From contig NC_068982.1 in NCBI RefSeq assembly GCF_001194135.2, positions 26,116,528 to 26,178,219 of the forward strand: a stretch of DNA of 61,692 bases, read 5' to 3'. Positions 51,870 to 61,692 of the stretch are shown one piece after another; position 1 is the first letter of the stretch, and every line of letters begins with the position of its first letter. A model generated the notes under the pieces. It was not told the DNA's origin. It saw only the letters and a program-made list of their open reading frames with translations, and searched no databases. The translations under genes and the position numbers were made by a program. Source of the stretch: Octopus bimaculoides. Taxonomy: Eukaryota.

Positions 51870-52255
51870 AAATTAACAGAATGAGATAAAAATCTAAGGC
51901 TGTGAAAGATTTCAGAACATTTATAAATAGGTCTTACAGTCGTATACAAAAATATACATAGTATTTAAAATACTATTGGAACTTACTCAGTAGGTACATG
52001 AATCTTATCTGTATACCATTCTGCCTAAATAATGGAACTGCAGATACAATATCTCTGCATATCTCACGTCTATTTTCATACCTCCACTTCACTCTCTACT
52101 TCATACCTTATCCAAAATAACTATTGCTTAACCATTTTCTCACACCATCTCCGATCAAGGGCTATATAAAATATCCCGGAAACAGGTGTAAGATCTATTT
52201 ATAAATGCTCTGAAATCTTTCACAGCCTTAGATTTTTATCTCATTCTGTTAATTT
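51870..52255 (+). mobile_element. 386-bp PLE-like mini-element with 69-bp inverted repeats and a decayed hammerhead
   Basis: Arms 51870-51938 and 52187-52255 differ at 2 positions; hammerhead-like motif at 52147-52194. Confidence 0.7.
52147..52194 (+). ncRNA. Decayed type-I hammerhead motif
   Basis: ATCT-CCGATCA-A-GGGCTAT-ATAAA-ATATCCC-G-GAAA-CAGGTG-TA-AGAT; two core substitutions. Confidence 0.55.
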
Positions 52256-52369
52256 TTAAAAATATATATACGCATGCTGATATATGACCTACGTTGGACT
52301 CCTCATTTGCATAAACGCCGAACCTGGAGCTTAACTATAGTCTGTTCATAGCACTTACTCAGCATTACC

Positions 52370-53455
52370 TGACACTTTTGGGTCCTCCAGAGGACCTTCT
52401 TGGTTTCCTTATCTCTAGTTCTGAATGTTCTCAGGATCCATTCAGCCAGTTGTCAGCACTTTATCGTCATCCTGTTAATGTGTACTTGAAAAGAGGTACC
52501 ATGAGTCATGTCGATACCCAGGCCCCTCACTGATTTAGGCTCTGCGATTGTAATCCCTTGTGGACTAGTGTACCCTGTTTTATATTCAGTTTTGGTCGCT
52601 AGTAGCGCAAAGCTTGGAGGTTTTCCAGTACTAAACTGCGTATTATTGTCCTTAGCCCATCTGTAAATTGAGTCCTACTCCTGCTGCAGGTGAGCAACAT
52701 CACTGAAGTTCTGTATTTTCTGCGAGACATTCGTATCGTTTTCGTAGCTAGCAAGGGTGGCTATCTGGCCAGCTGAGGGCATATCTGAGAGGGCCACTAT
52801 GAAATGTACCGGTCCTAAGACAGTGCCATGTGGAACACTGCTCACTATTTTAGTTTTCTTTGAGGTGGTTCTATTGCCCACTACTGCTTGACTTCTATCT
52901 TCAAGAAAGTCATGTAACCACTCACCAAGTTTTCCAGCTATGTCAATATCACGCAGTTTGTGGCATATCATACCATGATCCATTTTAGCAAAAGCTTTTG
53001 CAAAGCCAAGGTATATTATGACCACAACCACATTTGAGTTGTTGAGTAACTACCTCAAACCCAGTCGTAGTGTTGTAAGAGCTAGGTCTGGCAGCTCCTA
53101 CCCGGTCGAAAGCCATTCTAGGCATCACCCAGTAAGTTATTTTCTTCAAGGAATGCGATTAGCTTCCCTCTGACTATCCGTTCCGTAACTTTTGCAGATG
53201 TGTGAAGTCAGAGAGACAGGCCTATAGATGTTGGCATCTGCTCTGCTTCCTCCTTTATGGAATGGGTATATTATTCCCTCCTTCAGTTTGCTTGGCATAC
53301 TGCCATCTGCAAGAAAGCTCTTGCAGAGAATCTGTGGAGGTTTCACCAGGGCACTCTTACACGCTTACACCAGCGGTTGTGCTTGCGTCCACATTATATA
53401 TGGCTAGTAGTATATCTTCTTCGCTAATGTCGATGTAATCCTGAGGCAGCTGAGG
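52370..53455 (-). mobile_element. CR1-clade LINE RT fragment
   Basis: GIIYPFHKGGSRADANIYRPVSLTSHIC, GFAKAFAKMDHG, SSVPHGTVLGP and YENDTNVS motifs. Confidence 0.92.
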
Positions 53456-53469
53456 CAGCAAAGAAATCA

Positions 53470-54200
53470 ACCGGTTCGTTCACTTACCTGTGTTCCAACA
53501 TATATGGGTGTAGGATGTTTATCCGGGTTTTTTTTAAGGAATTTGTCCAAAGACTTCTTGAACTTGATGGGGTTTGTTTCTGTTTTAATGTGTTTTGCTG
53601 TAATGTTATAGAGAGCGGGACCAGTTGAGATGAAATACTTGTGCTGTATAGTTGTTACGAGATGCGCGCATCATTTATTTCGTGGGCGGATAGCACGGGG
53701 CCCAAGTGTTAGGTGTATCTTAAATGTGATGCCAACATCATTTGGGCAATGCTGATGGAATATTTTCCACATCATGCAAATGATGCAGCACTTACGGCGG
53801 TGTTGGAGAGAATAAAGCTTGAGCTTTTCTTGTCAATCCCAATAGACAAGGCCTGTCATGCCATCTATCGTTTTTGTAATTGACCTTTGAGGTGCTTCAA
53901 CTTTCATGATACTTCGTTTCGTGTGAGGAGACTACAGTGGACAAAAGTATTCAAGGTAGGGGCGGGCAAAAGTGGAAAAGAAAAGGATAATGGTGTGAAT
54001 CTCTCTCGACTAGTAAGTTTTGAAAATCCACGAACACATTCTACGGGCCATTTCAACTGTTTATATGAGCAGCTCAGCTCATGTTGCGGTCCATAATTAC
54101 CCCCAAGTCTCTGATGTTAGATGCCAGGAGAGTTTCACGTGAAAAAAAGTAGTATGGATGTTTCACGGTATCCTCTTTTCCAAAGAAATAGCAGCCGGAC
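53470..54200 (-). mobile_element. Second CR1-clade family, C-terminal fragment
   Basis: RDLGVIMDRN, RPYLEYFCPL*SP, VEAPQRSITK.I.GM and KLKLYSLQHRR motifs. Confidence 0.82.
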
Positions 54201-54759
54201 ACACGTGACCAATGCTGTGTAAAAAGAAAGAGTAGCAGAGGGAAAAGAAGGGGAGGAAGTAGAATAAAAGTGAGCAACGAGAGGTAGAGAGAGAGATATA
54301 TATAGTAGTAGTAGCGGTGAGAGGCGAAGGACGAGTAACAAGAGATAGAGAGAGAGATATTATCTCCACACATAATATTAGCCTGTTAAATAGGGATACA
54401 TTTACTAATACTATCATTAATTTAGCTAATACCATCCATCCCCTAGAAATATTAATAACAAGGTTATTGTATCTGAAGTCAATTACAACAGAATCAAATT
54501 TATGTCAAGTAACTCTAAAATTTAAAATTCTATATACCAGTGTAAAATTACTTCTGATAATGAAGTATTTTTTATATAGGCAGCTCATCTTCGCAGTTAT
54601 CTAAAAGTACGGGGCTTAGTAAATTAATTTGGTATTTAAAAGACCGCAATAAACAATTTAATTTAGATTGGTTGATTCTCTCAATTTTGATACCTTACGA
54701 TAAAGGCAGGGAATTCTGTCTTCTCTGTAATTCTGAACTATATTTTATTCTTTTTTTCT

Positions 54760-55310
54760 AAAACTTTTCTTGTAAACACGGTTATAGAGCATGCATGCCG
54801 ATGTAAACATTAGAAGAAACACACCTTTAGTTCATATAAGTGATATTTATTATTATATATAATTTAAACATTAATTTTCTTCTTACATATCACATTGACT
54901 AGATATATTTTTTCCAAGACTTTAGAGTTTTATTTAATTTACATATCGTTATATACTCCTCATTTATTTGGTTCTTTCTTTCCTTTACCCCTCCTATTTC
55001 TATAGGCTACATTTTAAAACAAACTTAATAGCATTATTCTGTTAAAATGTCTTATTGACGAGTTTCTTTTCTTCATTTCCCTGAAGAGAAGATTACATTG
55101 TTTTACATCATTTTATTCCTTTCGAATAATACCAATGATATCTTCGAAACATGTGTCGGAAGTAAAAGAATTTGAATAACACCTGCGTTTAACTCCATTT
55201 ATTTATTTATATATATTATACAAAATATTTCACGTAAACCCGGAGTTTCTACCTTTAAAAACGAGGAGTGTGTGTGTAATTTTTTGTTACCCTGGTAACT
55301 ATTTGTCTAT
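54760..55310 (+). mobile_element. PLE-like element 3' region with hammerhead; sister of 39300-39951
   Basis: Shares cttgtaaacacg..aaacatt..ttagttc.tataag and the tail ttgaataacacctgcgtttaac. Confidence 0.7.
55064..55170 (+). ncRNA. Type-I hammerhead ribozyme with fully intact core
   Basis: Stem I ATTTCC/GGAAGT plus TTCTTTT/AAAAGAA; CTGAAGA at 55081-87; stem II GAAGAT/ATCTTC plus CATTG/CAATG; GAAA at 55146-49; GTC at 55155-57. Confidence 0.85.
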
Positions 55311-55419
55311 TTTTCCGTGTTAATTAACAAGAGAAAAATACATTTATATATATATATATACACACATATCGAGAAAGAGAGATAAAGGGAGCTTGAGAAA
55401 GAGAGGGAGAGATGCAGGA

Positions 55420-55520
55420 CTATTTAAGTGGTTAAGAGAAGTTCACTTCGTAATTACGAGGTTTCAGGATCAATGTTACTCCATAGCAACTTGGAAAGCA
55501 ACTTCTATGATATAGGCCCG
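55420..55520 (+). mobile_element. SINE family B, 5' head, decayed
   Basis: gtggttaagagaagttcacttc..caggatcaatg..cttggaaagcaacttctatgatatagg. Confidence 0.55.
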
Positions 55521-55978
55521 ATCACCTATCGCGCCCTCAGTACATCGCGGATTTTTCTGGCTAATATATGTAAATTTATATCGCGGAATCGGGTTTATGC
55601 GGCCGATAGGTATTTATATTTTTTTAGATTTTAATTCTTTCTGTGGTAAAATAAGCATTTTCAGGTCTAAAAATTATAAAATAATAATTAAAAATACTTT
55701 ACAGTACTGCACTGTATAACACTTCAATTAAAATATATTGAAAGAAAATACGTAGCATACCGTAGATGAATAAACATAAGAATTGCACATACTGTATGGA
55801 AAACGAAATTCGGAAGGTGAGCGTGTGGTGTTGTTTTGCATTTAAAATAAAATAAATATATGCATATTATAAAAATAAAAAGTAATATGCACCACATTAC
55901 TGTTTCCATTTCGTGGATTTTCACTTATCGCGGGGGATTTTGGAATGTAACATCTCCGATAGTCGACGGATTACTATA
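55505..55978. mobile_element. Tigger/pogo-like non-autonomous DNA transposon
   Basis: Subterminal repeats tatcgcg/atcgcgg at both ends; right end ..ttatcgcggggg..ggattacta(TA). Confidence 0.45.
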
Positions 55979-56193
55979 ATCCTTAAGCCTGCTTCAATTA
56001 TTGAACTGTAGTGATGCTGGAAGATACATTTGAATGGTTCATTTCAATCAAATCGACGCAAGACCCTATTTTAAGTCCGGCATGTACTTCATTGGCCTCT
56101 TTTTAGCAAAGCGATAGGTTACAGGAAACGTAAGCAAACTAACATCATTTGTCAAGTGGGAAAACACACACACACACACACGCACGCACGCAT

Positions 56194-56241
<48 letters not shown>

Positions 56242-56280
56242 GCAATATACGCACATACGCATACACTCACACAGATATAT

Positions 56281-56688
56281 CTTTTATTCGTTCGAGTCAT
56301 TTGACTGTGGCCATGCTGAGGCACGGCATTGAAGGTTGTTAGTCGAACAAATCGATCCCAGGGCTTATTTTTTTAATGCCTGGTACTTATTCTATCGGTT
56401 TTTATGCCGATCCGCTAGTTTATGGGGGCGTAAACAAAATAACACTCTCACCAAGAGGTAGTGGGAGACGTACACACGCATACTTTCTCTTTCTCATACA
56501 CACATACTCTTTCTCTCTCACACACACACGACGGATCTCTTTCAGTTTCCGTCTACCACATTCACTTACAAAATTGCGGTCGGTCTGAGACAGTAGTGGA
56601 AGACGGCCAAGGTGCCACACAGTAATACTGAATTCGGGACCAGGTGGTCAGAAAGTTAGCTTCTTACAACACAACGATGGCTGTACCT
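56281..56688 (-). mobile_element. SINE family B, full length (tRNA head, CORE-like ccttgg motif, internal GT repeat, CR1-like tail)
   Basis: Both halves present and colinear with the partial copies. Confidence 0.85.
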
Positions 56689-56717
56689 ATATATATATAC
56701 ACATACACATATATATA

Positions 56718-56948
56718 TTAATAAATCTCAGGGTAGCAAAAAAAAAAATTAGAAATTCTATTTGCTACCAGTGGTCTAGCGAGAAGAAAAAAACTAGTCA
56801 ATAGACTATGTATTATTTATTTAAATACAGTGTACATTTAAAACACATCAGAGAGATGTCCATAATAGGACATCTAACCCGCTAGAAGGAGCATTCAAGA
56901 CTCCAAACCACAAATTTTAAATTTTTTTGCTACCCTGAGATTTATTAA
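56718..56948. mobile_element. MITE with perfect 27-bp TIRs in a TA context
   Basis: ttaataaatctcagggtagcaaaaaaa (56718-44) and tttttttgctaccctgagatttattaa (56922-48). Confidence 0.88.
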
Positions 56949-57469
56949 TAATGATAATATGTTTTTTGGCTAATTTCTGGAAGAAAATCGGCATTTTTTT
57001 ATATATTTGCTGCCGATAAGAAAAAAACCGCACATGCGCGGTAGATTTGAAAAATTATAACATATAAGCACTACTCATGTTTTTATGTAGTNNNNNNNNN
57101 NNNNNNNNNNNNNNNNNNNNNNNNNNNNNNNNNNNNNNNNNNNNNNNNNNNNNNNNNNNNNNNNNNNNNNNNNNNNNNNNNNNNNNNNNNNNNNNNNNNN
57201 NNNNNNNNNNNNNNNNNNNNNNNNNNNNNNNNNNNNNNNNNNNNNNNNNNNNNNNNNNNNNNNNNNNNNNNNNNNNNNNNNNNNNNNNNNNNNNNNNNNN
57301 NNNNNNNNNNNNNNNNNNNNNNNNNNNNNNNNNNNNNNNNNNNNNNNNNNNNNNNNNNNNNNNNNNNNNNNNNNNNNNNNNNNNNNNNNNNNNNNNNNNN
57401 NNNNNNNNNNNNNNNNNNNNNNNNATATATATATATATAACGGATTTCCATACACTCTTCGTCTATGTA

Positions 57470-57595
57470 ATTCACTCGCAAGATATTAGTTAGTACGGCA
57501 CTAGAGTAGAAGATAGTTCCCCAAGGTGCAGCGCATGGAGACGGACCTTGCAACCACCGGGTTGCGAATGATACTTCTTAACTATACCGTCATAC
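57470..57595 (-). mobile_element. SINE family B, 5' half, decayed
   Basis: agagtagaagatagttccccaaggtgcagcgc. Confidence 0.6.
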
Positions 57596-58284
57596 ATACA
57601 TACACGCGCTCACTCACACGTAAACGTGTATGCATGCATGCATGCACATATGTACTTGTGCAGGTTGTATTGTGTATGCATGTAAAAACAATAAACCGGA
57701 AATAGATTGAATCTTGCGATTTTTTCCCAGCACCCTTCACTTCTGGGTGCAATGAGTAAGCGAATGTAGAATTATGGATTGCTGGAAGTTTTAGAGTTCT
57801 AGACGACGAATGATGTGGCATTTATTCTCGTCCTTACGATCACTCCTCACATACATTCACACACACACACTCACACATACAAACACATAAGCATGCATAT
57901 ATGCATTTTGTATGTGTGTGTGTGTGTCCGCTTAAAACTGGTGTTGTTTTGTTTCAGAATCTAGCAGTATTAGGGACAATATAATCAACCAAACGCTTTT
58001 AAATTAGTGCTGCCACATTATGATTGGATTCCACTGATTTGAAATCAATAAAAGAATATACAAATATTCACCCTTTTTGGCTAGTTATCCGCCACCCTTT
58101 CATCGTAATTTATGTAGTTTCTATATTGTTTCAAAATGTTGGAGGTATTTAGTCTCTCGTTAATAAAGTTCAGTTCTGAAACATCATTATCCTCTTCTCC
58201 AAATGGCATATGATATCCAAACTTCTGCATTTCATTATGAATCATAATGTTTTCAAGGGCCTTTCTAGCCGAAGTTGTTGTTGC

Positions 58285-58435
58285 CTTATTTACATTATTT
58301 ACAATTGACGGATATTTGTCCTCATCTTGTCTGTTGTTAACACAACGTTTCGGTTGATATACCCTCCAGCTTTCATCAGGTGTCTTGGGGAAATTTCGAA
58401 CCTGGGTTCTCATTCCTAAGGTATTTTTCGATGTT
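58285..58435 (-). mobile_element. PLE pseudo-LTR fragment containing a minimal hammerhead
   Basis: Reads KTPDESWRVYQPKRC, the overlap of protein end and CUGAUGA..GAAAC seen in PLE termini. Confidence 0.75.
58339..58384 (-). ncRNA. Minimal type-I hammerhead, core intact, stem II weakened
   Basis: GACAC-CTGATGA-A-AGCTG-GAGGGTATAT-CAACC-GAAA-CGTT-GTGTT. Confidence 0.68.
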
Positions 58436-58453
58436 GTTGTTATTGTTATTATC

Positions 58454-58520
<67 letters not shown>

Positions 58521-58521
<1 letters not shown>

Positions 58522-59395
58522 GTTGTTTTTTTTCTTCCTTCTTCAAATTTTCTTCCATTTCTCGCCGAGTGTTTTCCGTACATCTAGGGCAGAGAAGCTC
58601 ATTGTATGCATTTCCAGTTTACACAAGCAAATTCACAGGTAAAATATGTATTTAAAAAAATCAATAAATAAAGAAATTCATGAATAGATGTTGTTTTCAC
58701 AGCGATAATCTCAGTACATGAGTCGTTCCAGTTAAGACGATTTTTTTGCACTACCTGTAGGGATGGTAGGCCTGGTATCATTTTCAAATGGGTTTCAGTA
58801 CCTTTTTTTTTTATCATTCCTACAGATCCTGCAATCACTGTGACGGTAGTCACCTTGAGATGCCACATTTTTTCAATTTCTATTAGCAAGTCTTTATATT
58901 TACTGATCTTGTCAAATTCTTTCGCCGCTATATTATGATCGCAGGGAATACGCATGTCAATTAATAAACACATCTTTTTTGTCTGTTCTTTTATAATAAT
59001 ATCCGGTTTATTAGCTTTTATAGCTTTGTCGGTATGTACGGGGAAGTCCCAGAGAATCGACACATTTTCTCCTTCAGTCACAGCTTCAGGATGGTGTTTA
59101 TACCATTTGTCAGCGGTTTTGATTGTGTAATGCCGACATGTTGTCCAGTGTAAATACTGGCCGACTCTGTCATGTCTTGCTTTATATTCTACAGGTGCTA
59201 AGACTACACCCTGAGATATGGTGGTCTATAGTTTCAATCTCATCGTTACAGAATCGGCATTGTGAGTCAGATCCATTTTTTATCACATTGGCTTGGTAGT
59301 TCCGGGTTAATAAGCTTTGGTCTTGAGCAGCTAATATGAAACCTTCACTCCCTGCTTTTAGCCCTGAGCTTCGTCACCATTGATGCGTGTGCTTC
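58521..59395 (-). mobile_element. 5'-truncated R4/Dong element, same family as 3549-4935, with (AAT)n tail
   Basis: GLKAGSEGFILAAQDQS, CRFCNDEIETIDH, WDFPVHTDKAIKANKPDIIIK, CLLIDMRIPCD and KYKDLLIEIEKMWHLK motifs. Confidence 0.92.
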
Positions 59396-59409
59396 TGGTC
59401 GACATCTTG

Positions 59410-60120
59410 GCAAGTAAAACGCAAACCATACAAGGGATGGATCATGTCAACAGCTCGACATGAAGTATCGACAATTTTATCACATTTCACTTTGAAGGCT
59501 ACATCCATGCAACCCAAGAAGAGAATGCCTCAAGTACCTACAACATAAAGGGCAAAAAACGTTGAGAGACAACAAATGTATAGTGTACAAGACCAATACT
59601 GAAAACATCAACCACATTATTGCCAGCTGTGAGAGAATGTCTTCCAAATATTGTCTTCCCATGAGGCTTAATGCGGTGACGAAAAGAGTCTGGAACAAGA
59701 TTAGAAAAAGTAAAATACCTACAAACGAATTTGACCATATTGAGACCGACTGGTTAAAAGAATATCGGTGGAACTTAGAATTAAACAGCCACCAAGTTAA
59801 AATACAACTTGCTAGATATTGTTGTATGGGACTATAAAGAAAAGATATGTTCTACTCTGGAAACAAATGTGGTTAAAAAATACAAGAGAAAGAGGACATC
59901 TATTGACCATTGATACGGAGTTTGCAAATCCAGTACCCAAGATACACTTTAAGCTTCATTCCTATTATTATTGGAGCAACAGGATAGATACCAACCCGTC
60001 TGGAGCAAAGTATGGCTGAACTTGGGATCATGGAGTGAGAATGCAAATTTTTAGTTCAAATGTTACAAATAATCACAATATCTGGGACTATGAAAATCTG
60101 CAAGATCTAATTAAGATTTA
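59410..60120 (+). mobile_element. Distinct R4-like RLE LINE 3' fragment
   Basis: FEGYIHATQEE, KCIVYKTNTENINHIIASC, H/N.VTKRVWNKIR and terminal ITISGTMKICK motifs. Confidence 0.75.
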
Positions 60121-60232
60121 AAGGATGATGGCTAAAACAAGATACTTTCCTTCACAGTCTTGCTACCTACATGGTAGTCGGTCAAAATTTAATCTAAAAT
60201 TTACAAAAAAGACAGCGAGAGAGAGAGAGAGA

Positions 60233-60315
<83 letters not shown>

Positions 60316-60371
60316 CACACGCGCACACACACACACACACACATACACACACACACACACACACACATATA

Positions 60372-60530
60372 GGACAAACTTCTTTCAGTTTCCGTCTGCC
60401 AAATCCACTCATAAGGCTTTGGTCAGCCCGAGGCTATAGTAGAAGAGACTCTTGCCCAATGTTCCACGCAGTGGAACTGAACCCGAAAATATAGGGTGGG
60501 CAAGCAAACTAGTTATCACAGCCATGCCGG
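60372..60530 (-). mobile_element. SINE family B, 5' half
   Basis: ctttcagtttccgtctgccaaatccactc..gaggctatagtagaag..cttgcccaa..gcagtggaactgaacc (B-box GGTTCAGTTCC on the reverse strand). Confidence 0.85.
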
Positions 60531-60880
60531 ATGCATAAAAGCAGATTGATATGTACGTATCTATGTATGTGCTTCTAAGCATGTAGAAACACCTTCAGCA
60601 ATCTGTTGCAGTCATCTATAAGATACAAAGTTGTGACTGCAAACACTCTATTTACGTCACTGACTGCCTTAGAAGAGATACAACCCCTACACAAATCCGG
60701 ACTCTTTCCTTATTACACATGAACAGTCATCTAACATAAACAACCATCAAGTATGCGATGACGTTCATCGTTATTCGTGTACATTATTCACGTACACTAT
60801 GTAGAACTGCACGTATTATCGTGTATGTGTGTATGTACATATACATACACACATACGCACATATATACACACATACAAAC

Positions 60881-60971
<91 letters not shown>

Positions 60972-61530
60972 CATATATATACATCATATATATACATATA
61001 TACATATATATACATATATATACATCATATATATATATATGAATATGTGTGCGTGTGCCAGCGTATGTGTTTGAATATCCTAATGTATGCTTGAGGACAT
61101 TTCTAACATCGGTCACCAAGTGGAGATGTCGACTATTATACCAATATTGTCCAACCCTTCGCTGATGTCAAACAGTATCATCATTACTACTTAATATCCG
61201 ACTTGTCTCGTGGGGATTTGGGGGTGGTTCTTCACATATGTTCTGCTTGTATGATTGACTCTGCGAATTTCTTTCCTCCATTCTCTCTCTCCCTCACCCT
61301 ATCCCTCACGCTTCCACTCACATTTTTCGACTTCATATTTTACGTACGTACGTACGTATGTATGGATGTATGCATGCATGCATGTATGTATGTATGTATG
61401 TATGTATGTATGTGTCTGTATTTGTGTGCGTATGTGTGTGTGTACAAACACAACAGATATAGCCATATAGAGTGTGCGTTTAAGTATGTTTACATATACA
61501 TATGTATATATCAATATAAATACACTCATG

Positions 61531-61583
<53 letters not shown>

Positions 61584-61692
61584 TTATCTATCTATCTATT
61601 TATCTATCTATCTGTCAGTCAGTCCGTATGTTTGTTTGTCTGTCTGTCTGTCTGTCTGTCTTTCTCTCTCTTTCTATATATATATATATATA

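Noticed and set aside
53484-53492. Perfect minus-strand donor CAG|GTAAGT
   Set aside because: It lies inside the CR1 C-terminal remnant with no paired acceptor found
12561-57553. Long ORF-track entries full of X, HT, YI or CV repeats
   Set aside because: Read-through of N gaps and microsatellites
60606-60642. TTGCAGTCA/TGACTGCAA hairpin as a pre-miRNA
   Set aside because: Only a 9-bp stem over 37 nt, too short

Overview
Eukaryotic, AT-rich, non-genic DNA, most likely from an octopus draft scaffold. The species call is inference from the SINE families and microsatellite types. About 7.7 kb is N gaps, nearly all flanked by (TA)n, (CA)n, (TATG)n or (TATC)n. I recognise no host protein-coding exon, tRNA/rRNA gene or CRISPR array; most ORF-track entries are microsatellite or gap read-through. 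The window is a mosaic of decayed transposons: five CR1-clade LINE copies (all minus strand), five R4/Dong-type restriction-like-endonuclease LINE pieces, a Penelope-like element (PLE) with a GIY-YIG domain, three tRNA-derived SINE families, a deleted mariner and several MITEs. The main signal is a set of seven type-I hammerhead-ribozyme-like motifs. The one at 55064-55170 has a fully intact core, most have self-complementary stem III, and two sit in mini-elements carrying an inverted copy of their own 3' tail. Other notable items are a nest of insertions in an (AAT)n microsatellite (3.4-6.9 kb), a 3' tail shared between a CR1 LINE and a SINE, a fold-back CR1 inversion, and a candidate 15-17 nt microexon at about 17.5 kb. 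All alignments and folds were done by eye and need computational confirmation.
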